A stretch of 63,686 nt of DNA, counting the filler, from Collodictyon triciliatum (lineage: Eukaryota): NCBI GenBank assembly GCA_043381765.1. It is 8 parts of 8 records of this genome, joined end to end, with 100 filler letters (N's around TTAATTAATTAA, not from the genome) between each part and the next. Parts side by side here need not be neighbours in the genome. Positions count along the whole stretch, not along the records: positions 35,333 to 44,039 come from JBHJMP010003317.1; positions 44,140 to 52,845 come from JBHJMP010003318.1; 6 more parts are not named here. The stretch is one strand, 5' to 3'. Position numbers and translations under genes: made by a program. The notes under the pieces were generated by a model. That model was not told where the DNA came from, ran no database searches, and was given only the letters and a program-made list of their open reading frames with translations. This document shows, piece by piece, positions 36,785 to 50,100 of this stretch; positions within the stretch are counted from its first letter, which is position 1, and each line of letters opens with the position of its first letter.

Positions 36785-39700
36785 ATGAATATGAGGATTG
36801 ATGAATCTTCTCAAAAACTGTATTGTTCCCCACATTTTCCTTACAAAACATATGTAACCGCTTCATCACAAATACAAACCAGGAGAAAAAACGACGCCTC
36901 ACCTCAGCCAACAAACGCCACTACCCACCCAGCATTCTCCTTGGAGACGAAGTTCCCAACCAACACAACTGGCTCAGTGCGGATTTTGCTTCCACTCCCT
37001 CGTTTTGATCCTCTCGATGATGATCATGATGTAATTGCTGAGGCAACCATCAAAAGGGCGGAATCAGTGCAATCCAATCTTAGTAACGACAGTCGACTAT
37101 ACACAACCCCGACAGCTCTGTTAAAAAGCACACCTCATCAGAAATCGCTCTCTTCTCATCAACCCTACCCAACAGCACAGCCAAGTAACCGCACAAACAC
37201 AAGCCTGCACGCAGATATGAACCATGTAAACCAAATTCAATTCCAAAACCATCAGGATGAATTTCGAAATATTCGCACTGGTTTTTATCAGCCCAAGGAT
37301 AAAGACGTGGAGGGTGGATTACGGATTCCAACTACTTCTAAACAAGTCGAAAGTGCTCACGGCTCTGTTCTGGGCAATGCCACTCCTTTGCCTACACTGC
37401 TAGATTCAGATAAAGCAAATTCCTCAGTTACGGCAAAAGATAATATATCTCCATATACAACAGGAATTGAATCTGGTAGGCTTTTTGATGCAGCATCTCA
37501 TAAACATATTCAACAAATCGCACCAAGCAGATTGTCCAAGTCTTCTCTCGAGCCAGAAGTGCAAGAGAAGGAGGTAAATGCCACTCAAATTCCTCTTATA
37601 CCTGAGTTGCCACCATACGAAAGTCCTCGCTGGGCAGAGACTGCTCCTCAGAGGCAATATGAAAACACACACGAGGTTAGGGCTGAAGCTAAAGCACGCG
37701 AAGGCCATTCACTGGACGGCTTTCCAAAGCAAGCACAATATCCAGTGGTATCAAATACCAGATATCACCCAGAAGATACAGTGCAAAGTAAACCTTTCGC
37801 CAACGCGCGCTCGACCACTCCACCGAATATAATACTTGGCGGGCGTCTTGGACTAGGAGACTTCAACAAATCACATGTAGATTTTAACAGCCCGTTCGAA
37901 CGCAATCAAGAGGAACAGAAAAGAACTATACTCAGCAAGATTCCCGAGTTAAGTCCCATGCATAATAAAGACCAAACTAGTGGATATTTTCACCCAGCGC
38001 AAGAAAATCTAGAGTTGGATAGTGATAGAAGTATGCAATCAAAACCATCTATTAAAGGGGAAGAGACTGGAAGGAGACATAGTCTGACATCACAGCCAAT
38101 TTACAGCCAGGTACAAGAATCTCAAGTAAAAGCAACCCTCATCCATCCGTCGCTATACGAAAATGAGAAACAATATCAAGAAGAGAAGCAAAGCATTTTG
38201 CGCGGATCAACACCACAGATGACAGATATGCAGCCTACGGTGACACAAAGACCATCAAAGTATGTTCCTGGGTCTGAGGAGAATTCTTTGTACGAAATAC
38301 AACGGAATGTTTCCAGAAGGGAGATTACCTCGTCTGATTCTGTTGGAAAGCCTTCTTTCAAGGGGGTTGACAAAATCAGTCACACAAATATCCAAAATGG
38401 ATCTGAGTCAAAAGATCTCGAAGAGACGAAGCATGTTCGATTTCATTCGGACGAAACGATGCAAGAGCCACGCAAGATTCATGATTTGGAGGCAAGGAAG
38501 ATGAATTTACGAACAGATTATATGATACCGACAGTTACCCAACATCATGAACGAGATTACTCAGATAGGAGAAAGATTCAGCTCGCTACATTCTCTGAGA
38601 ATGTCAAGAGGTCAACAGATTCTGGTAAAAGTGAAGGTCTTGGCTTCGATTCAAGCAATGTGCAGTTGTCTTTTGATGCACATAATGAGCATCGAGGCTA
38701 TTATGGAGCGAGATGGCCAGATGAAACGAGTCAGAAACATTCGGACGATAAAGAGCATCCCTTTAGCAGCATTCCGTCGAATCACTCTGTAAGTACATAA
38801 TTTTTAATATAGATTGCGTTCTCTAAATTAAGAAACATCTCTCTTCCTTTTTTTTTTTTTNNNNNNNNNNNNNNNNNNNNNNNNNNNNNNNNNNNNNNNN
38901 NNNNNNNNNNNNNNNNNNNNNNNNNNNNNNNNNNNNNNNNNNNNNNNNNNNNNNNNNNNNNNNNNNNNNNNNNNNNNNNNNNNNNNNNNNNNNNNNNNNN
39001 NNNNNNNNNNNNNNNNNNNNNNNNNNNNNNNNNNNNNNNNNNNNNNNNNNNNNNNNNNNNNNNNNNNNNNNNNNNNNNNNNNNNNNNNNNNNNNNNNNNN
39101 NNNNNNNNNNNNNNNNNNNNNNNNNNNNNNNNNNNNNNNNNNNNNNNNNNNNNNNNNNNNNNNNNNNNNNNNNNNNNNNNNNNNNNNNNNTTTCTTAGCT
39201 TTACTTACACTGACACAAATACTTCCCCTATCTATCAGTCTATGAAAACGATTGAAGCCCAAGAATACGCCTCAGAGAGGAGAGTGACTCACACAATGGA
39301 CCACAATTCAGAACTTAGTTCATACAAAGGTATTTGGAAACATCGCCCAATGTTGTATCATTTTTCAAAATGAATATATCTCACTACCGCACATCTCATT
39401 AACAATCATGGACGATATACTTACATTTGTGTACATAACATATCATGCAAAAGAGAGGAATATACACGGGATTCAAGCAGTATCAACAAATCAGCTTCAC
39501 AGCGGTAAGAAAATGGAGATGTTTTCGATCTTTTGGGTTCTATACTTTCATACCGTCATAATTTTGTATGTTTATCTGGTAGGCCATGGTCATATCCCGA
39601 TTCCTAAAAGTCAGAATTCCAGTCCTGTAAAAACGCCTTCATATGTAAGATGTTTTTTTTTTAAAATCTATAATGTGTTATTGAAGCACCATATTCACCA

Positions 39701-40522
39701 ACAGAATATTAGCTCTCAAATGAATACCCAGTAGCGTGGTTTACGCTCAAATGGTTTTTTTTGAAAGGATTCGCTATTGGAAGAAATCACCAGATTGCGC
39801 ATAGAAAATGAGCGTCTGCGATTACAATTACGTGACACTAACGACATCACACGAGAGGTAGTGCCTTAATTTAGGGAGAAGTTGTTTCTTGAAAAAAATC
39901 ATAACGTGTAGAATCTGCCCATATTAATATGTCCTAACCTTCTGTCTTTCATCTCATATTTCAAATTATTTTATAGCACTTTACCCTAAAGAAAGAGTTT
40001 AACACCTTAAAAGAAAAGTACCAGCACTCCGAAGTATGTATTGAATTCAGAATGTTTTTTTTGGTATTGTCTTCATTTAAGCTCCTGGCATATTTAGCCT
40101 GTCAATACCATTTTTTAGGAACTCAGAAAGCAACAAAATCATTACATAGAGCGCCTGAGAAAGGACATGGCAACTGCCATGAACGTATTTATGTTTTATT
40201 TTTCTTCACTCCAGTTTTTTTTCGTAAAATTATCCTGTCACATGCGTTTTTCATATCACTCATTTCCATTTCACTTTTATTGTTGACAGCGCGACCCAAA
40301 CTTTGCATCTGCTATTGGACAAAGAGGTAGGCACGCAACAAGCCCGTATGCAGTTATAAGGGAGGGAAAGACTTCAAGTATGATTTTAATATCCAAACTC
40401 AATTTGCAGTACAATTTCTGTTTCCTATTCTGACTGCAGTAAAAAAAAAATTTATTCAGAATAATAGAGATTTCTTAGCATCAGCATTTAAGGCTGACAT
40501 ATTCAAATAATTAGGATACTAA
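36785..40522 (+). CDS. Hypothetical protein: about 2-kb low-complexity exon, then small exons encoding a C-terminal coiled coil; spans the N gap 38861-39190; start uncertain
   Basis: 671-aa ORF ending at a GTAAGT donor; downstream exons DSLLEEITRLRIENERLRLQL, HFTLKKEFNTLKEKYQ, ELRKQQNHYIERLRKDM. Confidence 0.65.
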
Positions 40523-41282
40523 AAAAAAGTCGAAACATTTTGATTTTGGTATCCATCTCGGATGAAAATGTTACTCAGACCGAGTATGTGCTCAACACGC
40601 ATTTGCCATATCGTATATATTTGAATCACACATTATGAGGGCTACTTTGCCGATTCTGTTTGCATATGGAATCTTGCTCGGTAGGCGCATCAAAAGCAAG
40701 ACTTGGTGTCGTTAATCACGCAGCCAAAGACTACAATAAATATATGCTACAACTTTTGCGCATATGGTTATCAATCACAAGTAAACAGGTGCTGAAACAG
40801 TTCTCTGGCTCTTACAACTTCGTAGAATTTACATGCACAAAGGATACAATATTTTTTTTCTTAAAACAAGAACAAAGTAACCATGGCGTTCATCGGATTG
40901 TATTTTTTAAACTTGGGATTTTGCTTTTGGGCGGATATCAAGATAGCTTAATGTGAGTCTTTAATATTTTCTTGCAGTGAAATGTTCACCAGCGCCTAGA
41001 AATGTGAGTTTTTGTTCTACACCACTTTCGTTTTGGTTTTTTTTTTTTTTATTATTGTTGTTATAAAAATTAAAATAATCAAATTAGTGTTTACCGCATG
41101 GGTCGGAAAACAGACGAATTAATTCCGGTAAGAGACCGGCATCGAGGCTTCTCGCTCATTTCATTCGGCAAATGAAAATAGACACCTTCGCTTATCTTGA
41201 TGGTGTGTTTATTTTCCTTATTCGAGTTCTACTTTAAATGTTAATCCGGGGCACTCTACAGAGAATCAGACCCACGGGCGAG

Positions 41283-43928
41283 CTAATCATCTTCGGACAA
41301 ATCACCTACATTGAGTTCAAAGTTGTCCGAGGAATCACCATCGATTTGCGCAGATGGCAGAGCCAGACCGATTGCGTGCGAGTCACCGGTAGTCATTTCT
41401 GCGGAGGCTGCAGCATAGAGCATATGAGAGACCAGGTCTCTTGCTGTGTCCTCGTTTGTTCTCGCATCCGACAACGGCAGATTCGGTGCCGATTGCATGG
41501 TTGCATGCGTTGGTGGAAACATGCTTCCCGGTCGGATACTCGGTTGGTTGTGATTCAATTGTGGAGGTGAACGCTGACGAATCGTCGTTGCGGGGGAAGC
41601 GTCGGTTCTGGCAGACAACTTAGTGATGGTATGTGGCATCGCATGTGCAACATGATGGGACTCGTAATCCGATATTGTTATATCCTGGAGGTTAATCTTA
41701 AGAGATGATGTTCCCTTATGCGAGGATATGTGAGCGGATGCTGTTGTGGTGCCGATTTCATGGATGACAGTCGAATGAGTGTGTGCATCTGAGTCTTGAG
41801 CCAGGCCCATGGGGTTGCATGCCAAAGAGGGCAACGCGTCGAGATGTGACTTTCCGCCAGCCGTGGCAGTTGGCAGCGAGGTGGAATAGGGCGGAGGCGC
41901 TGCCACGTTTTGAGTGTTGGCAGCTTGCTGGGGGTTGAAGTATGGAGAAAATGTCGTACCGATGGTTTGTCCCATGGCTGGAATGGGGATGTAGCCCTGT
42001 GAGGGATTCGATTCATCATATGAAAGAGACTGAGAAATGGCATCCATCGGCTGACTGCTAGGAAGTGATATAGGTGTCCCCTTTGCATATGTGTGCTGTT
42101 CACGGGATAGTTGTTCGTCTGGTGTGTACGTTTTGGGCAGCGGTGATTCATTCGGCGAGAAAGGAGTTTGTGTTGTTGGTTGCGGGGTACGATCTTTTTC
42201 TCGCCTCGTCTTGGCGCGCTTTGGGCCTGTGTCAGATTTATTTGATGGGTCAAACAAAACAAAACAAAACAAAACAAAACAAAACAAAACAAAACAAAAC
42301 AAAACAAAACAAAACAAAACAAAACAAAACAAAACAAAACAAAACAAAAAACAAAAACAAATAGATAAAATTTCACCAAACTTCGACCCTCCTTCAAAGA
42401 TGGAGTCCAGGTAATCTGGAAGCAATGAATATTTCGCAATCGACTATGTTTATGATGATGCCATGTTATAAAATCGAAAAAAAAAAACGAGAAAATAGAC
42501 AAAACGAGAAGAAAAAAGATAAAGGGGATTTGCAAAAAAAAAATTATATTTTCTTCCACACTAGATTAATGACAATTTAACCTAATATATTACCTTTGAG
42601 TTGGCAGTAGTCATCACATTAACTTTTTCAAAGTATGGCGATGTATTCAAGACATGTCGGACCGACGTTTTCCATTTCGGATTAGACGAGCTAGCGTTCG
42701 ATCGAGTGAGTTGAATACAAAAATAAAGTAATAGAAGAAAAAACAGAAAAGACAAAAAGAAACAAAATGATAGATACTAAAGGTAAGCAGAAGAACGAAC
42801 CTGTAGTAAGGAAACATTCCACTAATTTCATCTGATGTAAAAAAAAAATATATTAATCCCACAGTCTTAAAGCTTGATACAATATTGCAGACAATGTTTA
42901 TTTATCTTTTGTAAAGTCAAATCGACGAAGGACAGGATATGCAAATTGATGTCCATCGAATGCCAACCTGCAATCTCAGCTAGTGTGGATTTCTCATTTC
43001 CTCTCATATGCAATGCATGAGCGATTAAAACTGGGAATGTGTAAGGAGGTTTTGCATGCGCGGATTCTGTGTTTTCTGGAATAGTTTCTCTACATCCAAC
43101 TTTGTATTTGTATTATTAATTTGAAATCAGAAATCATAAAAAAGAATCAAAGTGTATCGATTGTATCGTCTTTTAAATTATTATTATTATTAAAAAACCA
43201 AAGTCGCACTATCTTTAATAGTAAGAATACCTGTAGCACTTTTATGTAGAACAACCTCAACCTCTTCCTCATATTCGTTTTCCATGGCCATTGAACTGTC
43301 GTTGAAGTTGTATCTGTTGGTAATTTCCTCGATTTGAGACCGTATATGTGCAATCTCGTCTCTTTTCTGCTGATTTTTGGCTCGTTGGAGCTCAAGCCAG
43401 TAGCTCAGTCGCAAAGTATTGGGGAGATTTCGGTTTCTTGGAAGTAGGAAATGAAACATGACTTTCCCAATCAAAAAAACAGTCCGGCTTGTAATCGGAA
43501 TAAAGCCATCTTTCGGAAACAATTTTCTCCCAGCCACTATTGATGAGAAATAATATTGAATGATGACACTATTCGTCTTACATCTTTGTGTATTTATGAT
43601 TTCTGATTAAATCTTACCCAATATCCCATTGTCACTGTGACATTTAATTTCAAAAATGCCGCATTTGTCTTCGAAGCGGATTGTTGCGTGCTTTTTAGAA
43701 ATCGTCTTGTGCTATTTTCAAGGCTTTATGTGAATCATGACTTTTCCCACCTTTATTCGATTCAAAGGAATATTTTCCTCTGTAACCATAAATCATGATG
43801 CTATTTGAAAGATACGATATATATTGGATTAAAAATTACATAGTCAGGGAGTGCAATATCAGCATACGATTTTCCACCAGATATTCTTCCAATTGTCATC
43901 TCGCTCTTTTTCATGGCATAGGAGGCTC
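41283..43928 (-). CDS. FHA plus forkhead transcription factor (FOXK/Fkh1-2-like), 5' truncated
   Basis: FHA: MTIGRISG...TISKKHATIRF...CHSDNGILVAG...IGKVMFHFLLP. Forkhead: KPPYTFPVLIAHAL...TLAEIADEISGMFPYYS..NPKWKTSVRHVLNTSPYFEKV. Confidence 0.88.
42252..42348. repeat. (AAAAC)n intronic microsatellite
   Basis: Visible in the last intron of the forkhead gene. Confidence 0.95.
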
Positions 43929-44141
43929 CTGATGTTCTGCGAAAAAAAAGAAAAAGAAAAAGAAAAAGAAAAAGAAAAAGAAAAAGAAAAAGAAAAAGAA
44001 AAAGAAAAAGAAAAAGAAAAAGAAAAAGAAAAAGAAAAANNNNNNNNNNNNNNNNNNNNNNNNNNNNNNNNNNNNNNNNNNNNTTAATTAATTAANNNNN
44101 NNNNNNNNNNNNNNNNNNNNNNNNNNNNNNNNNNNNNNNAG

Positions 44142-47100
44142 CATCAGGTCGAATACCAGAAATCATTAGTCAATCAATATCAAGACAGGAATCGGTCTCT
44201 CGAACAGAGAATTGCAAACATGGAAGAGTCCCATCAAAAAGCACAACAAGAATCCGCAAAAGACATGGAAAAAGTGAAAATTATGCATGAAAAAATAGTT
44301 AGAGATTTAGAAGCTAGACAAGACGATTTAGAGGCTAGATTGGAAGACGTTACTCGGGACCGAGCCCGTCTGAAGGCCGAGGTGGACGGCAATCGCCTTG
44401 AACTTACTTCTAAAATCAGAGAAAAAGAAGACCTGTTGAAGAAATCAAAATTTGAGTCATCTGAAGAGGTGATTTCTCTTACAGCGAAGTGCAGCGTTCT
44501 CGAGGAGACAAATAGAACTTTTTCGGCTGAAAAGAACGAACTACTTGGGCAAATATCTCAATTGAAATATGAAGTCTCGAAACTTTTAGACAAAAATCAT
44601 TCCCAAGCAAAATTACTAGAAGAATCAACCTCTACTATATCTTCGCTTCAGATGACGATTGATCATATGAATAAGGAATCAATTGAGAGAAGAAGGCAGA
44701 ACCACACTGAATCCGCACTTTTGAATCAAGTTTCAAGTTTACGTGAGTCATTAGATAATAGCAAGGGCCTAGCAGATAAATACGAGTCCGAAGTGTCACA
44801 CATGAGAAGAGTGCAATCTGAATTGAAAAGGGAAAATGAATATTTAATGGAAAAGGTTGCTGAATCTGTAAGGAATCTATCAGATATGGGACTACAACTA
44901 CAAAGAGCTCAAAGACAACATGAACAAGAAATCTCGAATGTCAATGGACTTAAAGTGCAGTTGGAGTCTATTCAGGGAAGATGTGAAGCGCTTAAAGGCA
45001 TAAATGCTGATCTGCACCAGATTTTGGAGCCTAAATCGGTTAAATCTGTTTTGACCCAAACTTCGCCTGAGGATAATGACCCAAAAAAAATTGACTCGAA
45101 TAATGACGGACATCTCCAGAAGTTGGAAACTTTAGAACTCGAAAATCAATACTTGGCGGAGCATGTGAGATCTTTGGATGAGAAAATACACAGTCACCAT
45201 GAGAGACAAAAGAGCGTGGAAAGAGATATCCAGAATGGAGCTAAATCAGATATATCAGCTCTCCGACAACAACTTCGCGAAATTCAATACAGTCGAGAAT
45301 TGCTTGTCCAACAGATAGAAGATGTAAATTCGAAACACTCTCGATTGCTGGAATCTCATTCTAAATTACAAAACCGTATGTCTGTTTTAAAGAGGTCAAA
45401 AATTGAACTTGAACAGGAATTAATTCGAATGAAGGGTGAAGTGGATCATTTGAAGAGTAAGTTAACTGAAGAATCCATCCAACTAAATGTTGAGAAAAGT
45501 AAGGTTTGTCACTTGGAGGCTTCCCTGGAGGCCAAAGATGAGATAATGAGATCTCAGGCTGTCAAATACGAAGAAGACATTTTAGTTTGCCAAAATAAAT
45601 CACAAGACTTAGAAAGACATATAGATGAATTGATGCTGAGTAATAAGAATCTGAATACCTTAGTGGCACAATATCATAAGGAAGCACTTCGACTAGAAGA
45701 TTTTGTCAGCCAAGTGGAAGAAATCAAGACTCCAGTGAATGCTATGCCACCTGCAAGCACCGCACCCAAAAACAAACCCATGGACGCCATTACAACATAT
45801 GATATAGAAATATTGAAACCTAGAAACATAATTCTTAATCAAGAGGAAAAATCAAGGGAGGGCGATAAAGGAATATTAACAACCAACACATCTGAACTAC
45901 CGCAAGAAACTCACGCTACTCATTCTCCAACTCAGGGACAAATCATTGAAGCTCCTCTTGGTTATCACGATGAGACAACCAAACTAAATGCAGAACAAGC
46001 CACAGAAAGACTTTTTTTTATTTTACGGGAATTAGATGCTTTTATTAAAATTGTATCTAGAGATATGAAAATTCCAAATTGCCAAGCAATGCCAAACACG
46101 GACGACCTTGACGCAGATGGAGAGGTTATGCTTCAAGTTGAGCAAAAAATTGATATTATTCTTAAACTGCTCAGATTCGAATTAGAGAATTACAGTTACG
46201 GGGGTGATGAGCCATCAACAACAGGGTTCAGAACATTTGGCAGCATAAAATCGAGGGGATCTATGGATATGAAAATATATGCAGGACAAGTCCAACATAT
46301 TGATAGAATAAGTTGCAAAGTCCCATTTAAAACGTCATCGTGGAAATTCACCATGGAAGCTCACGAATTACGAGAAATGTTGCCTGCCTTGAAAGCTCTA
46401 CATTTGATACCTTTGGTTGAAGTTGTCCGCTATCTCGGTAAATTATCTGACGGTGCAAACATATCCGATATTTCTGACTACACAAAGGTGCTCGACATTT
46501 TCAGGTGTCGCATTGATTCTCTCTTGACAGATAAGACATGTGCACTCGAAGAAAATGAAAAACTCATCCATGAAAATAACCGTTTGAAAACTGATATGAC
46601 TCACATCAATGAATCATATCGAAAGCAAACAGAATTAAACAAGCAAATTGTGCAAGAAAATTTCGACCTATCGAGAGAAATTCGCCTGCGTCAAGAATCC
46701 CACACCAATCTGGACTTACAAATACAAGAGAAATCAGCGCAGCTAGAAGCATTACATGACAATGCCAAGTCCAAAACCGCTAGAATTAATTATCTGGAGC
46801 TGGAGAACCAATCTCTCAGGTCAAAAATTATCGAATTAGAATCAGCTGTCCAAACATACTTCAAGAACGTTCAAGAAGTTTCAGGGACATGCGACCGTAA
46901 AATATCTGAAACAAGCCAGTCAATACGAATTTATGAGGAAGAAGTGGAGAAGAAATGTCGCAGGATAGAGTATCTTGAAAATGAACTTGTTCGAATCAAT
47001 GAGCAATTCGTCTCTGTTCGTATGGATCTAGAAAGAAAAGAGGCTGATATTGCTGAGATTCAAGGTATGCAATTAGAAAAAATACAGCTGATTGAGGAGC

Positions 47101-50100
47101 TTAAATCTCATATTAATGAACAAAAATTCGAGCATGAGAAAATGATTGAATCTCTTCATACATTTGAAACTAGAGAAAAGGAACATGTGCAGATTTGGGT
47201 AAAGAAGGAATCCCAGTATAAGCAAGAACTAGCCAAATTAGCCAGCACGTATTACGAAAAATGCGGGGAGTACAAAGATTTGTGTGAATCATTGAAGAGA
47301 TGTCAGGATCTGCATAAGGCAGAGCTCGAAGAGCTTCGAACAAATCATAATCAGGCTTTGTCTAATCATAAAAGACAATCAGATTTGTCTTTAAATGAAT
47401 TAGTGGAAAGGATTGACTCGCTTCAGTTGAAATGTAATGATTTTGAAGATACGGTGCTTCAATTAAAAAATGATAAGCGGATGCTGGAATTTGAAAAGCA
47501 ACAGCAGACAATCGCTTTATCTGACAAAGAGCAAACTAAACAGGATTCAATTAATTTGAAGCAACTTTTGGACCAAAAAAATTCTAGATTAAACGAATTG
47601 GACGAAAAAAATTGTGAAATTGTCACAGAAAGTAAAAAGAAGGATATATTCATAGCGTCACTTTCACAGGAAGTCGATAGACTTGTGAAAGTTAATATTG
47701 ATCTTTGCAAAAATCTGGCCGAAAATGAGAGAAAGTTGGCGTTGCTGTCCGGCGACTCATTAGACATTCTTTCATCTGGAAATTCATCTCATTCCCTTGC
47801 GCTATATGAGCGATTATGTCGACAATTAGCTCGAGATATGGATTGCCAGGCTATTTTAGCATCTTTCAAGGAAGAGTATCTTCTTGGTACGCTGGTCAGA
47901 TTGAAAAGTATATTTGCCGTTTTAAATACAAAAATTTTCTATGATGAATCTCCACTCATTATTGATGGCACATGGCAGATTATGAGGTTTGCCTTTGAGC
48001 GATTAATTTTTCTAATGGACCTAATTTATGAGCACCCTGAACTGACTCATGCGATTTATACAGTTTCATCTTCGATTTCTAATATCGATGTGAATCGGCT
48101 ACCCGTAGAAAATATTAGTGACAGCACTGAAGCTCAAGAACCAAACTTGAATCAGGTCAAATTGTTTATTTTTAACAGGGATTCCATTTTTGATAGAGAT
48201 TTTGACATTATTGCGCAACCAAGGAGTCTGCCCAGGCAACTTCATATCTCGGGTGGTATCAAGGAGCATCAAGATGCAGATAAATCTGGCGTTGCTTCAC
48301 AATATACAGAACTTGCCATTGAGATCGACCAGCTCAAAATATCCCTTCAAGAAAGAGAAGATCAAATATCTGCCATGCAATCTGAAACTGATGAACTCAA
48401 ATTCAAACTTGAAGAGGAACACAAAAGAAATCAGAACGCCATGGACGAATACCGCCACGTTGTCGCAGTGCATCTGAAAAAAATTGAGGAATTGGAAACA
48501 GAATCTAAACGTTTGGGGATAGAATATAGATTGATGCTTGATATGAAAACTGAAATAGAAAAGAGTCAAGCTAAAATTCATGACCTCGCCAAAGAGAATG
48601 AAATCTTGAAAAAGAAATCTCAATCAGACTTGGAGAGCATGGAACGCAAGATAACAATAGCATCTGATGAAGTGCAGCGTTACAAATTGCTGTACGAAAA
48701 AGAGTTTGAGTCAAAGGGAATATCAGAAAAAGTTTCTCAGGACTTAAAAACCTCTTTTATGGACCTTTCTGTAACTTGTGTCAATTTAAGGAATGATATT
48801 ATTGATAGAGACACCCAAATTGAAAATATGAAACAAGATAAGAAAAGGCTGGACTTCAATGCCCAAGCCATCGCGAGACAAACAATTAAGCTATCAGAAG
48901 GTATCAAAAAATTGACTTGCAGTTCGGACGAGCTGCCAGACTTATCCTTACATCAAGTATGTCCGACTCGAGATGGAGACTTACAAACCTCGTCTGAAGA
49001 ACCAAAAGCGCATTCTCAGAATCTTCCGATTCAGAAAGAGTTGCCTTCTCCCATGAGTTGGAAAGAATTAAAACTAAATGATGATTCGTTCATCAGTGTA
49101 CAAAAGCTATCAAGGGACATTGTCGAACTAATCACCCAAGCACTTGGGTCGAATTACTTGAACATTGAATCAGGACCTGGAGATATTCACGATGATAATT
49201 TTGGTATCATCGCGAGCGATGCTTCCTATAGGGATATTTTCTTTGCGTGGTTGACCAACGTGATAGACTTGGTAGGATTTATATCAAGCATTGCAAAGCA
49301 TATGGTGGCCTTACAAACTGATTTGCACAGCACCAAGAAGAGTTGCGAGGAAGCTTTGCATTCTCTAAAGGAAAAGGATGAAATACTAAAGAGAAACACG
49401 CAGCTTCTGAATGAAAAAGATGAGGAAACGGCTGTTTTGAATCGCGAACTGGAAGAAAGTTCTAGCCAACTACTTAAATTGGACAGATTGCTGCACAACT
49501 CTAAAGGTATGATCGAGGAATATAAAAAATCTCATCAAATTCTGACCAAGCAACTAGATGAAAGCCGGAGTCAATTCAAGGCTTCGAATCAACAACTCGA
49601 AGAGACAAAAGGGCTTTTACATGCGTCAAATCAAGAAATGGAGCAAGGAAAAAGTAAATTAAGGCAAACAAGCCTTGATTTTGAAAGGGCTCGTCAACAA
49701 TTAAGCGAAATTCTTCTGAAATATGATGAATCGAACCTGCTGCTGGAAGGTGCGAACCAACAAACCCAACATTTGAATCGACAACTGGACGAGTCAAATC
49801 AACACCATGAGAAGACAAAGGGACAGCTGCAGAGATGTAGTCAACAACTTGAAGAAGCCAAAAATCGGTATCGAATGTGTAATCAAGAGCTTACAGATAC
49901 AAAAAATACAGTAAATGTAAAGAATCAGCAGCTAGATGAACTAAACTATCAACTTATGCATTCAAATAAATTACTGGAGGACACAAAGCATCTGCTCCAG
50001 ATTTCTAAAACCGAACTCGACAAAACAACAGACCAACTATTGGCGTCAGAAAAACAAGTGGAGGCACAGAGAAATGAGCTCGCAAATTTCAAGAAAGAAT

